39,414 bases of DNA from positions 36,346,608-36,386,021 of the forward strand of contig NC_069002.1 in assembly GCF_001194135.2 (NCBI RefSeq), given 5' to 3'. Source of the stretch: Octopus bimaculoides (taxonomy: Eukaryota). Position numbers and translations under genes: made by a program. Positions within the stretch are counted from its first letter, which is position 1; each line of letters opens with the position of its first letter. Below the pieces are notes generated by a model. It did not search any database. It was not told where the DNA came from and saw nothing but the letters and a program-made list of their open reading frames with translations. Positions 25,931 through 38,548 of this stretch are shown piece after piece.

Positions 25931-27551
25931 ATCTTCAATTTTAAAACTAACTCAATTATCAAATCCTATATCAAAAGAATACTACGAATAAATTTCATGA
26001 AACAAAGTGAAATATTAAATATTAACGAGCAGAAGTTTGATTTTGTAATTTATCCCTGAAAGAAATTCACGGATGTTGTACCAAAAACTGAAAAGGTAAA
26101 GAAGAGAGAATGAGCAAAACATAACCTACCATTATGACATTTCTAAAACCCCTAAATTAGCAGACATGGTTCTTGCATTGTATTACTCATATTTTTTTTA
26201 ATAAAACGTTGTTTGTGCAAGCAATTAAAACTTCTTTCTTGTCTAGTGTTAACTAATTCAATTTTCAAAGTAAATATTTGATATAATTCTTCTAGGCACA
26301 AATTGCATTTTTCGTTCCCTATTTTCTAAACTAATAACGGGGAGAATTACTCCTTGAACAATGGCTGAAGAGATCGTACAGATTATGCATAAATCCCTGC
26401 GTATAAATATGAAGAAATTTGCAATTGATACAATCGAAATACGTGTCGGACAATTACTATAAATAAACCAAACAGAAAGTCTGAATGTTCAAATTCTTTG
26501 TTTCCCTTATTATTAGAGAGTGTGGGGGTGAGTTTGTGTGTGTGTGTGTGTGTGTGAATTTGCCTGTCTGTATGTTAGTGTGTTTGTATACACGTATTTA
26601 CGCATAATTGTAAAGAGTGATCTAGCGGAACGTTTCGCACACCGGTGCTGCTTAACGGCACATCATCCGTCTTTATGTTCAGAGTTCAAACGCTGCCCAG
26701 GTCGACATTACCTTTCATCACTCTGGGGTTGATAAAATAAGTACCAGTTGAGCACGGCGCTTGATATAATCGATTTACTCAATCACCGAAACCTTCTGGC
26801 CTTGTGCCCAAAATATGAAACACACACACACACGTGTGTGTCTGTGTGTGTAAGCGTCTGTATGCCAGTAGGTATGTCTTTTACATATATGCATATGAGT
26901 GTATGTATAGATAGAGATAGAGAAGACTAAGAGATAGGTGAATAAGAATATGAATTGGCACGCGTATGCATGTTGTTAAAATATTAGCTTCACAATCCCA
27001 CACTTTTGTCAGAAATACGGGAGGGGCACAAGCGGAAATCTTACTGAGTCGTCCAGTATAGCTTAATTTTTGTATTAATTCCATAATGCTTGCAATGGAC
27101 TTAATGTATACGAGACGTTATACTTCATGCTTATCCTCTTCCTATATTTCAAAATAACCTGAAAAGCCCGAGTCAGTACAACTGTTGTAGGTCCAAGTTA
27201 GACTACTTTGTTTATCTACCTTATCGGAACTCTTATGCTTTTCTAACACAATATTCCATACTAGACTTTTATTTGATTTATTATAGTGTCGGAAACTAAA
27301 TTAATATAGTGCAGAAGAGTCCATATAATTTTCATCTGTGGCTAACTTGTCTCTACTTTGACGTTTCTCTTTCAGGTGGTATTATATGTACTCGTATCAT
27401 TCTTCCTCAGAAATCTGAAAAGTAGGCGGTTTATTGCAAGTGCTGTTGCGTGAAGTGTCTTTCATTTCTTAATCAATACTGAAGATTTAACTTGGCCAAA
27501 CACCACACTGATGCTTGTATCTTTCTATGAGTCAATCACATGAACTTTTAT

Positions 27552-27843
27552 ATATTTTAGTCATTAGACTGCGGCAAATCTGAAGCATCATCTTGAAGAA
27601 GTTTTGTGCCAAAATGTCGAATGAATTTTAAATCTTGGTTATCATTTATCGGAAGGTGATGATGAATTGTTAAGTTACGGGGACGTAAACACACCGATTA
27701 CGTTTGTGAAACGCTGGGCAGGGGAAACAAACACAGACACAAAAGACATATATGTATATACATGCATGCATGCATACGTACATACATACATACATGAATA
27801 CCTACATACATGCATACATACATATATACATAGTGTGTATGTA

Positions 27844-27893
<50 letters not shown>

Positions 27894-28040
27894 GGGCTTC
27901 TTTCAGTATTTCCTCTACCAAATCTATTCTCACCATGGTTTGATTTACCCGTGGCTAAATACTTGTCCAAAATGCCAAGCAGTTGGACTGAACTCGAACT
28001 CGGACCATGTGGTTAGGAGGCAAACCTCTTACCACACACC
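27552..28040 (-). mobile_element. SINE family B copy with internal microsatellite
   Basis: Reverse complement of the 13391-14440 family, with an (AT)n/(CATA)n core. Confidence 0.7.
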
Positions 28041-29336
28041 CACTTTGATCTTCGGATATCTTTAAAATATTTCTTTTAAATCACTGCCAGTACAGAAATC
28101 TGATTTACTTGAATTGTGTCCCACCTATAATTTATCTCACCAGATAAAATCAAATGCAGGATGGTGATATCTGTGTTATATATGACACCGCAACGAAATT
28201 TCTATCCTTTTTTTTTTTTTATCTTTTGATAGTGATATTTCCTATTTACTTCCATCTAGAAATCAATGGAAATTGACTTCTATTCCCTTCAAACTTTGCT
28301 TTCGTGACCTGGACATCAACGTTTTCAAAGTGATCTATTTTCTATTATATTTTAGACAGATTCAGCGCTGAGTTGTAGAAACAGACATATTGTTATAGCT
28401 AATATTCTGATCAATACCACACATTTGTTGTTTAGTTATTTGACCTTGTCCACTTGAACATGTCCTTTAGTGGCTTACAATATGCGCATCTCTGATAATG
28501 AGCAGGAGTAGTGAGTGAGTATCAATGCCATATGATGAAAGGGGATTTTTGGAGTGTGAATCAATGTAAGAAAAACAAAGTCTGAAGGAAATATTAATCC
28601 TTTTTCATAGTTTCTAGAGAAAAGCAAAGAGGAAACAGAAGTTGTTACCCAAGGACAAAAATAGTGCTACACACTGTTACGATTTATGGACGTTAATGAA
28701 AGAAGCCAGATTTTCTATGTATAGCGAAAAGTGGGGAATGCTGGAACCATATTTATCGTTTTTTTGTTTCCTTGCTTTTCTTTTCTTATCTCTCTATTTT
28801 CCTGTTTCTTTTTTCTTAAATGTTATAATGTAGAACTTGCCGAATATTCTGGTTTTTACAATATTTATAGTGTGACACTCCAATGTAAATCTTACCATCC
28901 ATATCCGAAACTTAAAAGCAAGAACCACAGCGAAGAACGAAGCACAAAGAATTCGTTACGTTCAATGACGTAAAAACAAATAGGACAGCGAAGAACAAAG
29001 CACTAAATATTTGTAATAGTTTGATAAATTAATTTAATTGGAATTTCATTAAAATTTCACGGATTAATAGCATAAATATATGAGATATTTGATGCGATTG
29101 TCGTACAAAATTAAGGGTTGTTAGGAAACTCATGTTTGTTGGTTATTGTTTACATATTTTCACTTCTTTTACCATTTCCGCTCTTGGTCAACATACGTGA
29201 ATCTCTTTCCAGGATAAATTACAAAAATCAAACTTCTGCTCGTTAATATTTTATATTTCACAGTCTTTCTTGATGTTTATTCAAAGTGTTATATTGTTAT
29301 AGGATTTGATAGTTGAGTTAATTTCAAAAATTGAAA

Positions 29337-29338
<2 letters not shown>

Positions 29339-29413
<75 letters not shown>

Positions 29414-29443
29414 TCAGCAGCAGCAGCAGTAGTAGTAGTAGTG

Positions 29444-29480
<37 letters not shown>

Positions 29481-29800
29481 NNNNNNNNNNNNNNNNNNNN
29501 NNNNNNNNNNNNNNNNNNNNNNNNNNNNNNNNNNNNNNNNNNNNNNNNNNNNNNNNNNNNNNNNNNNNNNNNNNNNNNNNNNNNNNNNNNNNNNNNNNNN
29601 NNNNNNNNNNNNNNNNNNNNNNNNNNNNNNNNNNNNNNNNNNNNNNNNNNNNNNNNNNNNNNNNNNNNNNNNNNNNNNNNNNNNNNNNNNNNNNNNNNNN
29701 NNNNNNNNNNNNNNNNNNNNNNNNNNNNNNNNNNNNNNNNNNAGGAGGAGGAGGATGGGGAGGAGGTAAAGTAGCAGCAGCAGCAGCATCAACAGCAACA
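29339..29800 (+). repeat. (TAG)n/(CAG)n compound microsatellite 3' of ICK-D (with gap)
   Basis: Seen directly; flank 29281-29340 is reverse-complement homologous to 25930-25990. Confidence 0.9.
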
Positions 29801-29956
29801 ACACTTAATTGATATTTTTGTAGTCGAGTGTGTTTTGCTGTGTTTGGATCCTTTTTTGTTTTTTTGGTCTGTCTTCGTGATCTCACCGATTTTCTCCTTG
29901 TATAAAAACCAATCTAACGTATGACATTTATCCACGAGATTCACCAGAGCAGAACG

Positions 29957-32511
29957 TTAATAAAATGGTAAATTTACAATAGAAATGAGAAAAACTATTA
30001 CAGTTTGGAGTATACTGTTGTTAGCCACCTGGGTGATATTTTGAGAATTACAAAGACAGATACGGAAACGTTTACATCGACATCTGGTACCTGGGCAGCA
30101 AGCATATTGTGGTGTGTATGAGCTTCTGTCACAGTAAAGTTCGTTACAGCGCCCATGTCTCTTAATCTTCTTACTGTAAATACAGAATATGATAGGAAAC
30201 AGAATATATTATTAAATTAAGGTGTCTCGTCGAGGGAGAAGGCAAAAAATATTGGTTTTTAAAATAAAATATATTAGATATATATAAGGATCTCTTCTAG
30301 GGACCCTATTATCGATGTCTTCAACAATCTGAGTATGCCATAAGGTTCCATGAGGTTTCTAGACATGAGTTCTACTCACGTGTCAAGTTTCATCAAAATC
30401 GATAAAACGATGTAGGAGGAGTTAGCTAACAAATCCACAAACACACCCACAGATAGAACTTCCCACCTATGTAGTAGATTATATATATTCGAAACGTTTG
30501 TCCGTAAATAATTCTCCATTCTGTTTACTGAGAATGAAATGTTCTTACTTCAAGGATATCTGGCTTGTATAACTATGATTTTTATTTCTGTCCCAAACAA
30601 TTCGCATTTGACGGAACGCTATATTTGAAATGTACACAGTCAAAAGTATTTTCTCTATTTTCTATAACCAAAATCAGTCTTTCCTTCACATTTCAATGTG
30701 CATTGTGTATACATGTTGCACTGTTACCTGGATAAGCATAACCGTCTACTGCTAAACACATGTGTCATATGATCCTCACACAGAAAATCATGAAATCGTC
30801 ATCTTTACAAATATAGAACGTTCTGAAAGAGCATAATTTTACGCATCTGTTTTAATTGATGACTTCTCTCCTTTATCTCTTAGTGATTTCAGCTACTAAT
30901 CTCGGCATGGAAGAACTCGAAAAAGAATCGATGAACAGGTACTCCAGGTATTCGTCTCATACCAGAAGAAATTAATGCATGGGTAAATGATACATTTCAG
31001 GGCTCAGGACAGGCCACAGTGGAGTGCTGCTTTCACATCTGGGACGATGCTGTTCCTATATACACAACTGTCTTAGAACCGCATCCAGAGAAAGAGTATT
31101 TGACTTATCGGAATAAAATTATTCACAGATGTGCTCCAGCTTCATCCCCACAAGCATGTTCTTTCCTTCCTCCGTCTTTTCTGGCGCTACTAAACGTAAA
31201 ATGGCGTCTGACTCTGAATTCGCTTCCACCCAGGCGTTCTCATCTTATTCATCTTTCTTCTTTTCATCATTCTATTTGTGTCCAAACCTCAGGCCCAGCA
31301 GTAATTCCTACACCCAGTCCTTCCTTCCCAGGATATCAACTTCATGGAACTTTCTCCCTGTTCATACCTTTTCCGTAAGTGTTCACTTACAAAGTTTCAA
31401 GATGAAAGTGATGACAAAAATTTTGTAGGCAAAATATAAAAAAATATTATTTAATTTTTACTTATGAAAATAATTTTCTCTTCGATAAATCTCGCTTCAT
31501 ATCTTCCCCTTTCCGAGTTTCTGTTATGCAGAAACTAAAATTTAGAAACAGTCTCAGAATTTGAATTTGCCAATACGAATAACTTTTCTATCATAGACTC
31601 AAGGCCTGAAACGTTGATGGAGGGCGCTACTCCCTTACATAAGATCCTAGTTCTCAACCAGTAATTATTTCATCGACCCAGAAATGATGCAAGATGCAGT
31701 CAACATAGGCGAAATTTCAACCCAAAACAAAGCCGGAAGTAGTGACACAAAGTATTTTATCCAGAATGTTAATGATTCTGCCAGCTTACCGCCTGGGCAA
31801 TATTAAGTTAATTACATAATTATAAGAGATACAGATATGTAGTTCTTACCTNNNNNNNNNNNNNNNNNNNNNNNNNNNNNNNNNNNNNNNNNNNNNNNNN
31901 NNNNNNNNNNNNNNNNNNNNNNNNNNNNNNNNNNNNNNNNNNNNNNNNNNNNNNNNNNNNNNNNNNNNNNNNNNNNNNNNNNNNNNNNNNNNNNNNNNNN
32001 NNNNNNNNNNNNNNNNNNNNNNNNNNNNNNNNNNNNNNNNNNNNNNNNNNNNNNNNNNNNNNNNNNNNNNNNNNNNNNNNNNNNNNNNNNNNNNNNNNNN
32101 NNNNNNNNNNNNNNNNNNNNNNNNNNNNNNNNNNNNNNNNNNNNNNNNNNNNNNNNNNNNNNNNNNNNNNNNNNNNNNNNNNNNNNNNNNNNNNNNNNNN
32201 NNNNNNNNNNTATAAAAGATTAGTCAGTCATTTTGATAATTAAATGTTACATATTATATTGAAGAATCTTAATTCCGAATATCTGACCTATGTGTAGAGT
32301 TATTTATTTGAAGGTTGTAATTACATATAAATGGGGTTACGTACGAAAGACCGTTCAGGTAACGTTATTCATTTTTCTTCTGCCCCCCTTTTCTCCCACT
32401 ACATATCTGATGACTATAAAGTAAAAGAGGTTTCTGATTATACTTACTTTGTTCATCGGAGAAGCTGTATGAAATGAATGCACAAAACAATAAGACACTG
32501 ATGCTTTTCAT
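29957..32511 (-). CDS. ICK-D: knottin precursor with hydrophobic tail; middle exon lies in an assembly gap
   Basis: Signal exon 32511-32448 reads MKSISVLLFCAFISYSFSDEQ (63/64 nt identical to ICK-C). The donor AG/GTAAGAACTACATATCT at 31851-31833, matching the ICK-C pro-exon donor, abuts the gap 31852-32210. Last exon 30173-29957 reads KKIKR/HGRCNELYCDRSSYTPQYACCPGTRCRCKRFRICLCNSQNITQVANNSILQTVIVFLISIVNLPFY*. Confidence 0.7.
30490..30890 (-). promoter_or_regulatory. Orphan copy of the ICK promoter and exon 1 inside the last intron of ICK-D
   Basis: Homologous to about 22730-23140 and retains the donor GAA/GTAAGA at 30548. No signal exon follows it. Confidence 0.5.
30895..31380 (+). mobile_element. 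CR1-type LINE 3' fragment in the ICK-D intron
   Basis: Across frameshifts: RAQDRP.VECCFHIWD...LD.RIQRKSI.LIG...SYTQSFLPRISTSWNFLP, the typical CR1 ORF2 C-terminus. Confidence 0.75.
31852..32210. other. Assembly gap (N run) expected to contain the ICK-D propeptide exon
   Basis: N run. Other gaps: 3325-3456, 10151-10342, 13576-14170, 19088-19525, 29481-29742, 34330-34339, 36177-36242. Confidence 0.95.
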
Positions 32512-32836
32512 CACGCACCTAATGATATAGAAATATAACAACGGGAGTCATTAGAAACGGAATCTTTATTCCTACAAAGAAGCAAAGGTCTGCAGCTGAA
32601 ATTTAGCTAACATCTTTTCGCTGTCCAAATTTATTTCACCGAAAATCCGAGCTTTACAGCATTATCATTTAAATACTAAAGAATATAGCTAATTTAATTG
32701 CACCAATAGGTCTAATGCAAATTTAATTCCAACAAAAGTACTAATGTAAATATTTAATTGAGGTGAAGATGATGTCTTCGAAGAATTTGTCCGTAAATAT
32801 TCTCGATTCTGTTTACCGTGAATGAAATGTTCTTAC

Positions 32837-33030
32837 TCCAAAAGTATCCGGCTTCTATAAATATATGTCTGTTATTTCTGTCCCAAAAAATTATGCGAGG
32901 ATTGTCAATTTGCAGTTGGCAGAATGCTGTATGTGGAATGTACACAGTCAAAACTATTCGCTATATTTTCTATAACCCAAATCAATCTCCGCTTCACATT
33001 TCACTGTATGTTGTCCAATGCACAACAGAT
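32837..33030 (-). promoter_or_regulatory. Putative promoter and non-coding exon 1 of ICK-D
   Basis: Reverse-complement homologue of 22915-23082; donor GGA/GTAAGA at 32836. Confidence 0.5.
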
Positions 33031-34297
33031 TCTACTAGTTTCATATTTCCTCATTAACTGATCCCTGTTATCAACTGTCTATATGCACATACACGGAATC
33101 CTTTTATGTAAAAAAAAAAGTAACAGTAAGACTGAAAACGTAATGTATAGACGTAAATTTACATCTGAAGGAAATGAATTCTTTTACAGTAGTGTGACAT
33201 CTCTAATTCTCTAGATCATTCAGTAATAAAAAAATAAAAGTTTCCAAAGAAGTCTTGGTAAATTAATCTGGTCTATTAAAGACAGAAACAAAGATTATCC
33301 TATCAATTAAAAATTGATAGGAGACGTCAAACTTTTGGGTGAAAACACAACAATGTCTATATGTTGTTTTTTTATATGCCAACATATATATTCTTTTTTT
33401 CTTTCTATTCTAGGTACAAGGTCCGAAATTTTGGGGGAGAGGGCCAGTCGATTAGATTGACTCCAGTACGCAACTGGTACTTAATTTGTCGGAATTTGAA
33501 CTCATACCGTAAATATAGACGAAATACCGCTAAGCATTTCGTCCGGTGTGCTACCGTTTCTACTAGTTCGCCGCCTTATGCGAACATGTATATTGAGACT
33601 AGAAAATCGGTGCATATTCCAAATTGTTGTTTAGGAACAAGTTATTCCTACTCCAGCAGACATATTGTCAAAGACATTAAATTATCATTTAAACATTTAG
33701 TAATATAACTAATTACAACAATGGTTATAAGTACTAACGCAAATTTATAATTTACGCCGATATAATGTTTTAGAATCATTTTTAATTATTGTCTTTCGAT
33801 AAATTGGGAAAATGAGAACATTTTTCCAGAACTTATGACAAATATAAAGCTGTTGTAGTCAACATTAATATTTCCATTTGTTTCTTAACCAAAAAACCAA
33901 AACTAGAATAGCTATAGTTTATCCCAAAAGTAAAGATTAAAACTATGCATATTCACCAAGTACAAGCGCTGAATTGTAAAGCGAAAATTTGTAAATCCTT
34001 AAGTTTTTTTGAAATCTCTCTGTTTGAGGTTCTTCGGTTGTACACATGAACACAGGCAACAAAAAACGAAGCTTATAAACATATATTCTACCTCTATAAG
34101 ACATCATCATTACCATAACAATCTGTACATTGTTATTACTAATTTATATACAGCTACAATGAATGATTTGAATGTTACATACTTGTTATACTCAAACGGT
34201 AAAGTTCAAATTAGATGATGGTATTTATATATATAGTCTGTGTGCACTAGCTTTCTTATTCTTATCTCATTCTCCACTTGCTATGTATATATATATA

Positions 34298-34329
<32 letters not shown>

Positions 34330-34339
34330 NNNNNNNNNN

Positions 34340-34376
<37 letters not shown>

Positions 34377-34989
34377 CGGTAATATCTATATATATCAGTT
34401 TGTGAGGGGGTAGGTGGGTTTGTGAAAGGCATGATTAATGAGATGAGATTCAATATTACTAATCTTTGTAGCTCGAACACCTGTGTGGAGTGATAATAAA
34501 GAATAAGTCATTTCAAACAATATTAAATTTATATTCTCAGTTACGTCAATGTTCATCAATGAACGACAGACCAACATCTGTGTGTCAAGAAATTAGTTCA
34601 CATTTTTCCCTAAGGAAAACGGTTACAGGAATTTGAATAAGCAAAGTTGGGTTGTAACATCTTTTCAGCATAGCTTACACTGGATTTCAAAATGGTGGAC
34701 ACGTTTTATTTTCAAATAGAAAATAAAATAAAAATCAAATCGATTCAAATCGATTCAAAATAAATCGTCTAAAATCAATTCTATTCAAAAATATAGCTAA
34801 TCTTCGAGTCAAAATACATTAATAATAATAATAAAATGAAAGTATATATATCAACTAACAATAAATAAAAAATGAATTTATATAAAAATACTTATTTTAC
34901 CAATAAATACAAGAAAGACATTTAACAATATTACTGAAAATAAATGCAATACTTATCTTAACGAAGCTTCGATAAGATAAGCATTTTTG

Positions 34990-36108
34990 CCTTTGTTTTC
35001 GTGCAACAGTCCAGTTCCTCCGAGAAAACATCTGGAAATAAATGTTTCATATTTTATCTCAGTCCCTCAGCCTTATTCGAACCTTCGACCGAACCGACTG
35101 TATTCCCACACAAAACAGTTATGAGCGTATTCCACAAGTTGAAAAATTCCATTCACTCTGTTCCGAATAAATTAACTGAATGTTTTAGCAATTATATTTT
35201 TTGCGTTTTAATTCAGTCACGAAACATTACATTACACGCGAATTCACCGTAACACCATGTGCGACTTTTGTAGATTTAATTAATTCCAGCTTACCAATAT
35301 ACTTCCATGTTTCTTCAGTTACAATGGTAATATCACGTCCAGTGTCTAACTGCATTTTTACTCTTATATTTTTAATTTTCACATTTACACATTTCCTCTT
35401 TGTTATATTACCATTTTCTTTCGACGCAGTCTTGTTTATTCATTTTTCTTTGATCCAACGTTTTGGTTTTACAGTGCGCTTTTACGTGTCCAACTTTTCC
35501 ACAACGGGAACATTCCGCTTTCTTATTTGGGCAGTTTTCCTTTTTCCTGATTTTTGTCCTGTTTGTACTGTAGTTAAGTACACTCCTGAATTCTATTCTA
35601 TTGCGCATTTGTTTCACTTGGGAGCAATATTTATGTTCAATTTTCTCTGTACTGTATCTCAAATTTACTATTCTTTCACACTCTTCGGACATTCGTTGTA
35701 GTGTTTCAACTTGGTTTTGTTCCAGCTTAGCGAGAATTGTTCTTGCAGTTGAAGCTGCTGTTGTTGTGTTTTAGTTGCTGTTGTTGCTTTCTTTACAACT
35801 CGAGCAAACCCGCCAACAAATTTTCCATAATTTTATGATTTTTTTTTTTTTTCCGTAAAATTCGCTCAAATATACTTTTGTGAGTTTCGTAACTCCTTGT
35901 GAGTTTGTTAATTCCTCGTCGCCACTGTTGTATCCTTAATGGCGGATTGTTATAATGCCCACTCTGGTATAGCTGAATAGTCAGTTAGACCAGTAAAGAA
36001 CACGACTTTCTATATCCGACTACTACGCACTCTCCGTCGACACTGACTGACGTCACCTTATTTATAGTGACCTTCACATACCACTCGTCACGTAGGAGGG
36101 GTGTAACA
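34990..36108 (-). mobile_element. Ty3/Gypsy LTR retrotransposon 5' fragment (LTR, PBS, gag, protease)
   Basis: LTR TG...CA at 36108-35926; PBS TGGCGACGAGG at 35924-35914; CCHC knuckle CSRCGKVGHVKAHC; aspartic protease motif VKMQLDTGRDITIV near 35350. Confidence 0.8.
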
Positions 36109-37869
36109 TTATCGCTATTTCCCCCACAACACAAACACCGGCAGAAAAACAAACTTACGCGCGCGCACGCACACACNNNNNNNNNNNNNNNNNNNNNNNN
36201 NNNNNNNNNNNNNNNNNNNNNNNNNNNNNNNNNNNNNNNNNNATATATATATATATATATATATATACAGAGAGAGAGAGATACATATATTTCAAATAGA
36301 CCTACATATATTTCGACTGCATCGGTTAGTAAACGTTGTCGGTCCACTTTCTTTCGACAAGCAAATCGACCCTAAGCCCGTTCTCTATCGTTCTCATTTG
36401 CTAAATCTCCAAACTATGGCGATACCTGACACCCGCGTTTGGAGCCAACCACAGACGGAAATCACACGCCCACATATGTTTGTGTGTGTGTGTAATTTAT
36501 TAATGAGAGAGAGACGGAATATGGAAGAGACGAGGATCTCTATTGATCACTAGAAACGTTTCGACCCATCTAGCATCGATCCCTGGCGTATTCATTGGTG
36601 TAGTTGTATCTCCACAGGTGATTTTAATAAGTATCTCATTGAGATAATCTCCGTTTCGCAAGATGTCTTCTCGGCTTTCGTATATAGATGTGGCAAATTA
36701 AGGTATACATCTTCATTCTTATTGAACATCTATTGAGCAAATCACAGATACAATAAGAAATACATACTGAATGCAGTGAAAAAAAGTATTAGGTATCTAA
36801 TTACATCGACACCTGTCCTCAACTGGTACTTATTTTATCAACTGGGAAATGATGAACGGCAGCTGATATCGGCGGAATTTGAACTCAGAATGTGAGGACG
36901 GACGAAATGCCACTGACCATTTTGATCAGCGCGTAACCGATGCTGCCGGATCGCAGGGAAGGAATAATAAAACAAACCAACTGACACAACATACATTAAT
37001 CATTAGCAGCACGAAGAGACACACCAACCACAGTCCTGTTTATTTACTTATCACCGGTCAACATTATTTGTTATGATAACTTCTTTTATTCCTCTTTCAG
37101 TTTACTGGTTTTAGTCATTAGACTGCGGCCATGCTAGGGTGCCACCCTGAAGAAATTCAGTCGAATGAATCAACACCAGTACTTTTTTTTAAAGCCTGGC
37201 ACTTAGTGTATCGTTCACTTTTGCCAAACTGATAAGTTATGGGAGTCTAGAGTTTTTCTCTCTTACAAACAAGGATCGGCTTTCACAGAAGTTAATCAGA
37301 ACGAAAGTAAGTACTTAAGCAATCTTGTTTCGCGGCCAGTGGTTTTTCATATGTTGCTCTGATATGTGTGAGAAAACAGAATCGACATTTAACCGTGATA
37401 TATGGAAATAATTCTACATTATTTCAAGAAAAATGAGGAGACGATTTTTGCATGGGATTGATTCTTTCATAGGAGTATGCGCGGTATTTCATATGTGAAG
37501 CTAGTTGCACAATATAAGGTAGTTATAAATAAAATGTCATTGACCCTGTGCCTTATGGATTAGGAATGACCTGGATTTAAGCAACAATTTGGATTTTCAC
37601 AGCGACTTTTAGGAATCAGTATATGTTGGCATGTGATAAACAACATTTGTGTTATAATCTCAAATTTTGACATCTCCGAAGGGGAACATTGGCATAAGTG
37701 AGGACATAAATTCTGATATAGTTTGAAATGACGTTTTTTTCTCATTACTAAATCACATATCTGTCGAACTACATAACTTAGTAAATACTGAATCACATCG
37801 TATAAATCATGCTCTTGATATATGTGTGTGCGTGTGTACGTATTTATGTGTGTGTATTTGTGTGCATGT

Positions 37870-37950
<81 letters not shown>

Positions 37951-38348
37951 TGTGAAGAAAAGATAGAAACAATAAAGTGTGAAAATTGAGAGAGAAGAAA
38001 GCAAAAGCTGGAATAACGAAGGGTTGAAGCTGTTCAGTAAGTTACTAACAACATACAAACATCATCAACCAGCTTGAATATTGCACAAGAGAAAGTTAGA
38101 GAGTGTTTTATATAAATACCGTTCTTAATATAACAAGTATGTAGCATTTAAATTATTCATTATGGCTGTATGTAAATTAGTGATAACAATATAAAGAGTA
38201 TGTTATGGTAATGATGATGGTGGTAGTGGTAGAGCTTAATTTGTTTGTTGCCGGTTTGCATGTGTACAGTTCAAGAACCGCAAAGAGAATAGGCGGAATG
38301 TTTTACAAATTTCCACTTTATATCTCATCGGTTGTATTTGGAAAATGT

Positions 38349-38548
38349 GAGGCGGTGAGCTTGCAGAATCGCTAGCACGCCGGGCAAAACGCTTCGCGGT
38401 ATTTCATCCGCCGCTACGTTCTGAGTTCAAATTCCGACCAAAGTCGACTTTGCCCATTATCATTTTGGGTTCGATAAATTAAGTACCAGTTGAGTACAGA
38501 TGTGGTCGACTGTCCCCCTCCCTGCAAAATCCAGGCCTTATGCCTATA
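38349..38548 (+). mobile_element. SINE family A copy upstream of ICK-E
   Basis: GGCGGTGAGCTTGCAGAATCGCTAGC...GAGTTCAAATTC...GATAAATTAAGTACCAGTTG. Confidence 0.75.

Noticed and set aside
27376-27530. Acceptor TTCTCTTTCAG followed by VVLYVLVSFFLRNLKSRR or a YCKCCCVKC frame
   Set aside because: The Cys-rich frame has stops, the spacing does not fit the knot, and I found no linked leader exon.
28896-29050. Minus-strand signal-like stretch (FSALFFAVLFVFTS) with a nearby GTAAGA donor
   Set aside because: There is an in-frame stop after the ATG, the donor is in another frame, and the region is a T-rich short direct repeat.
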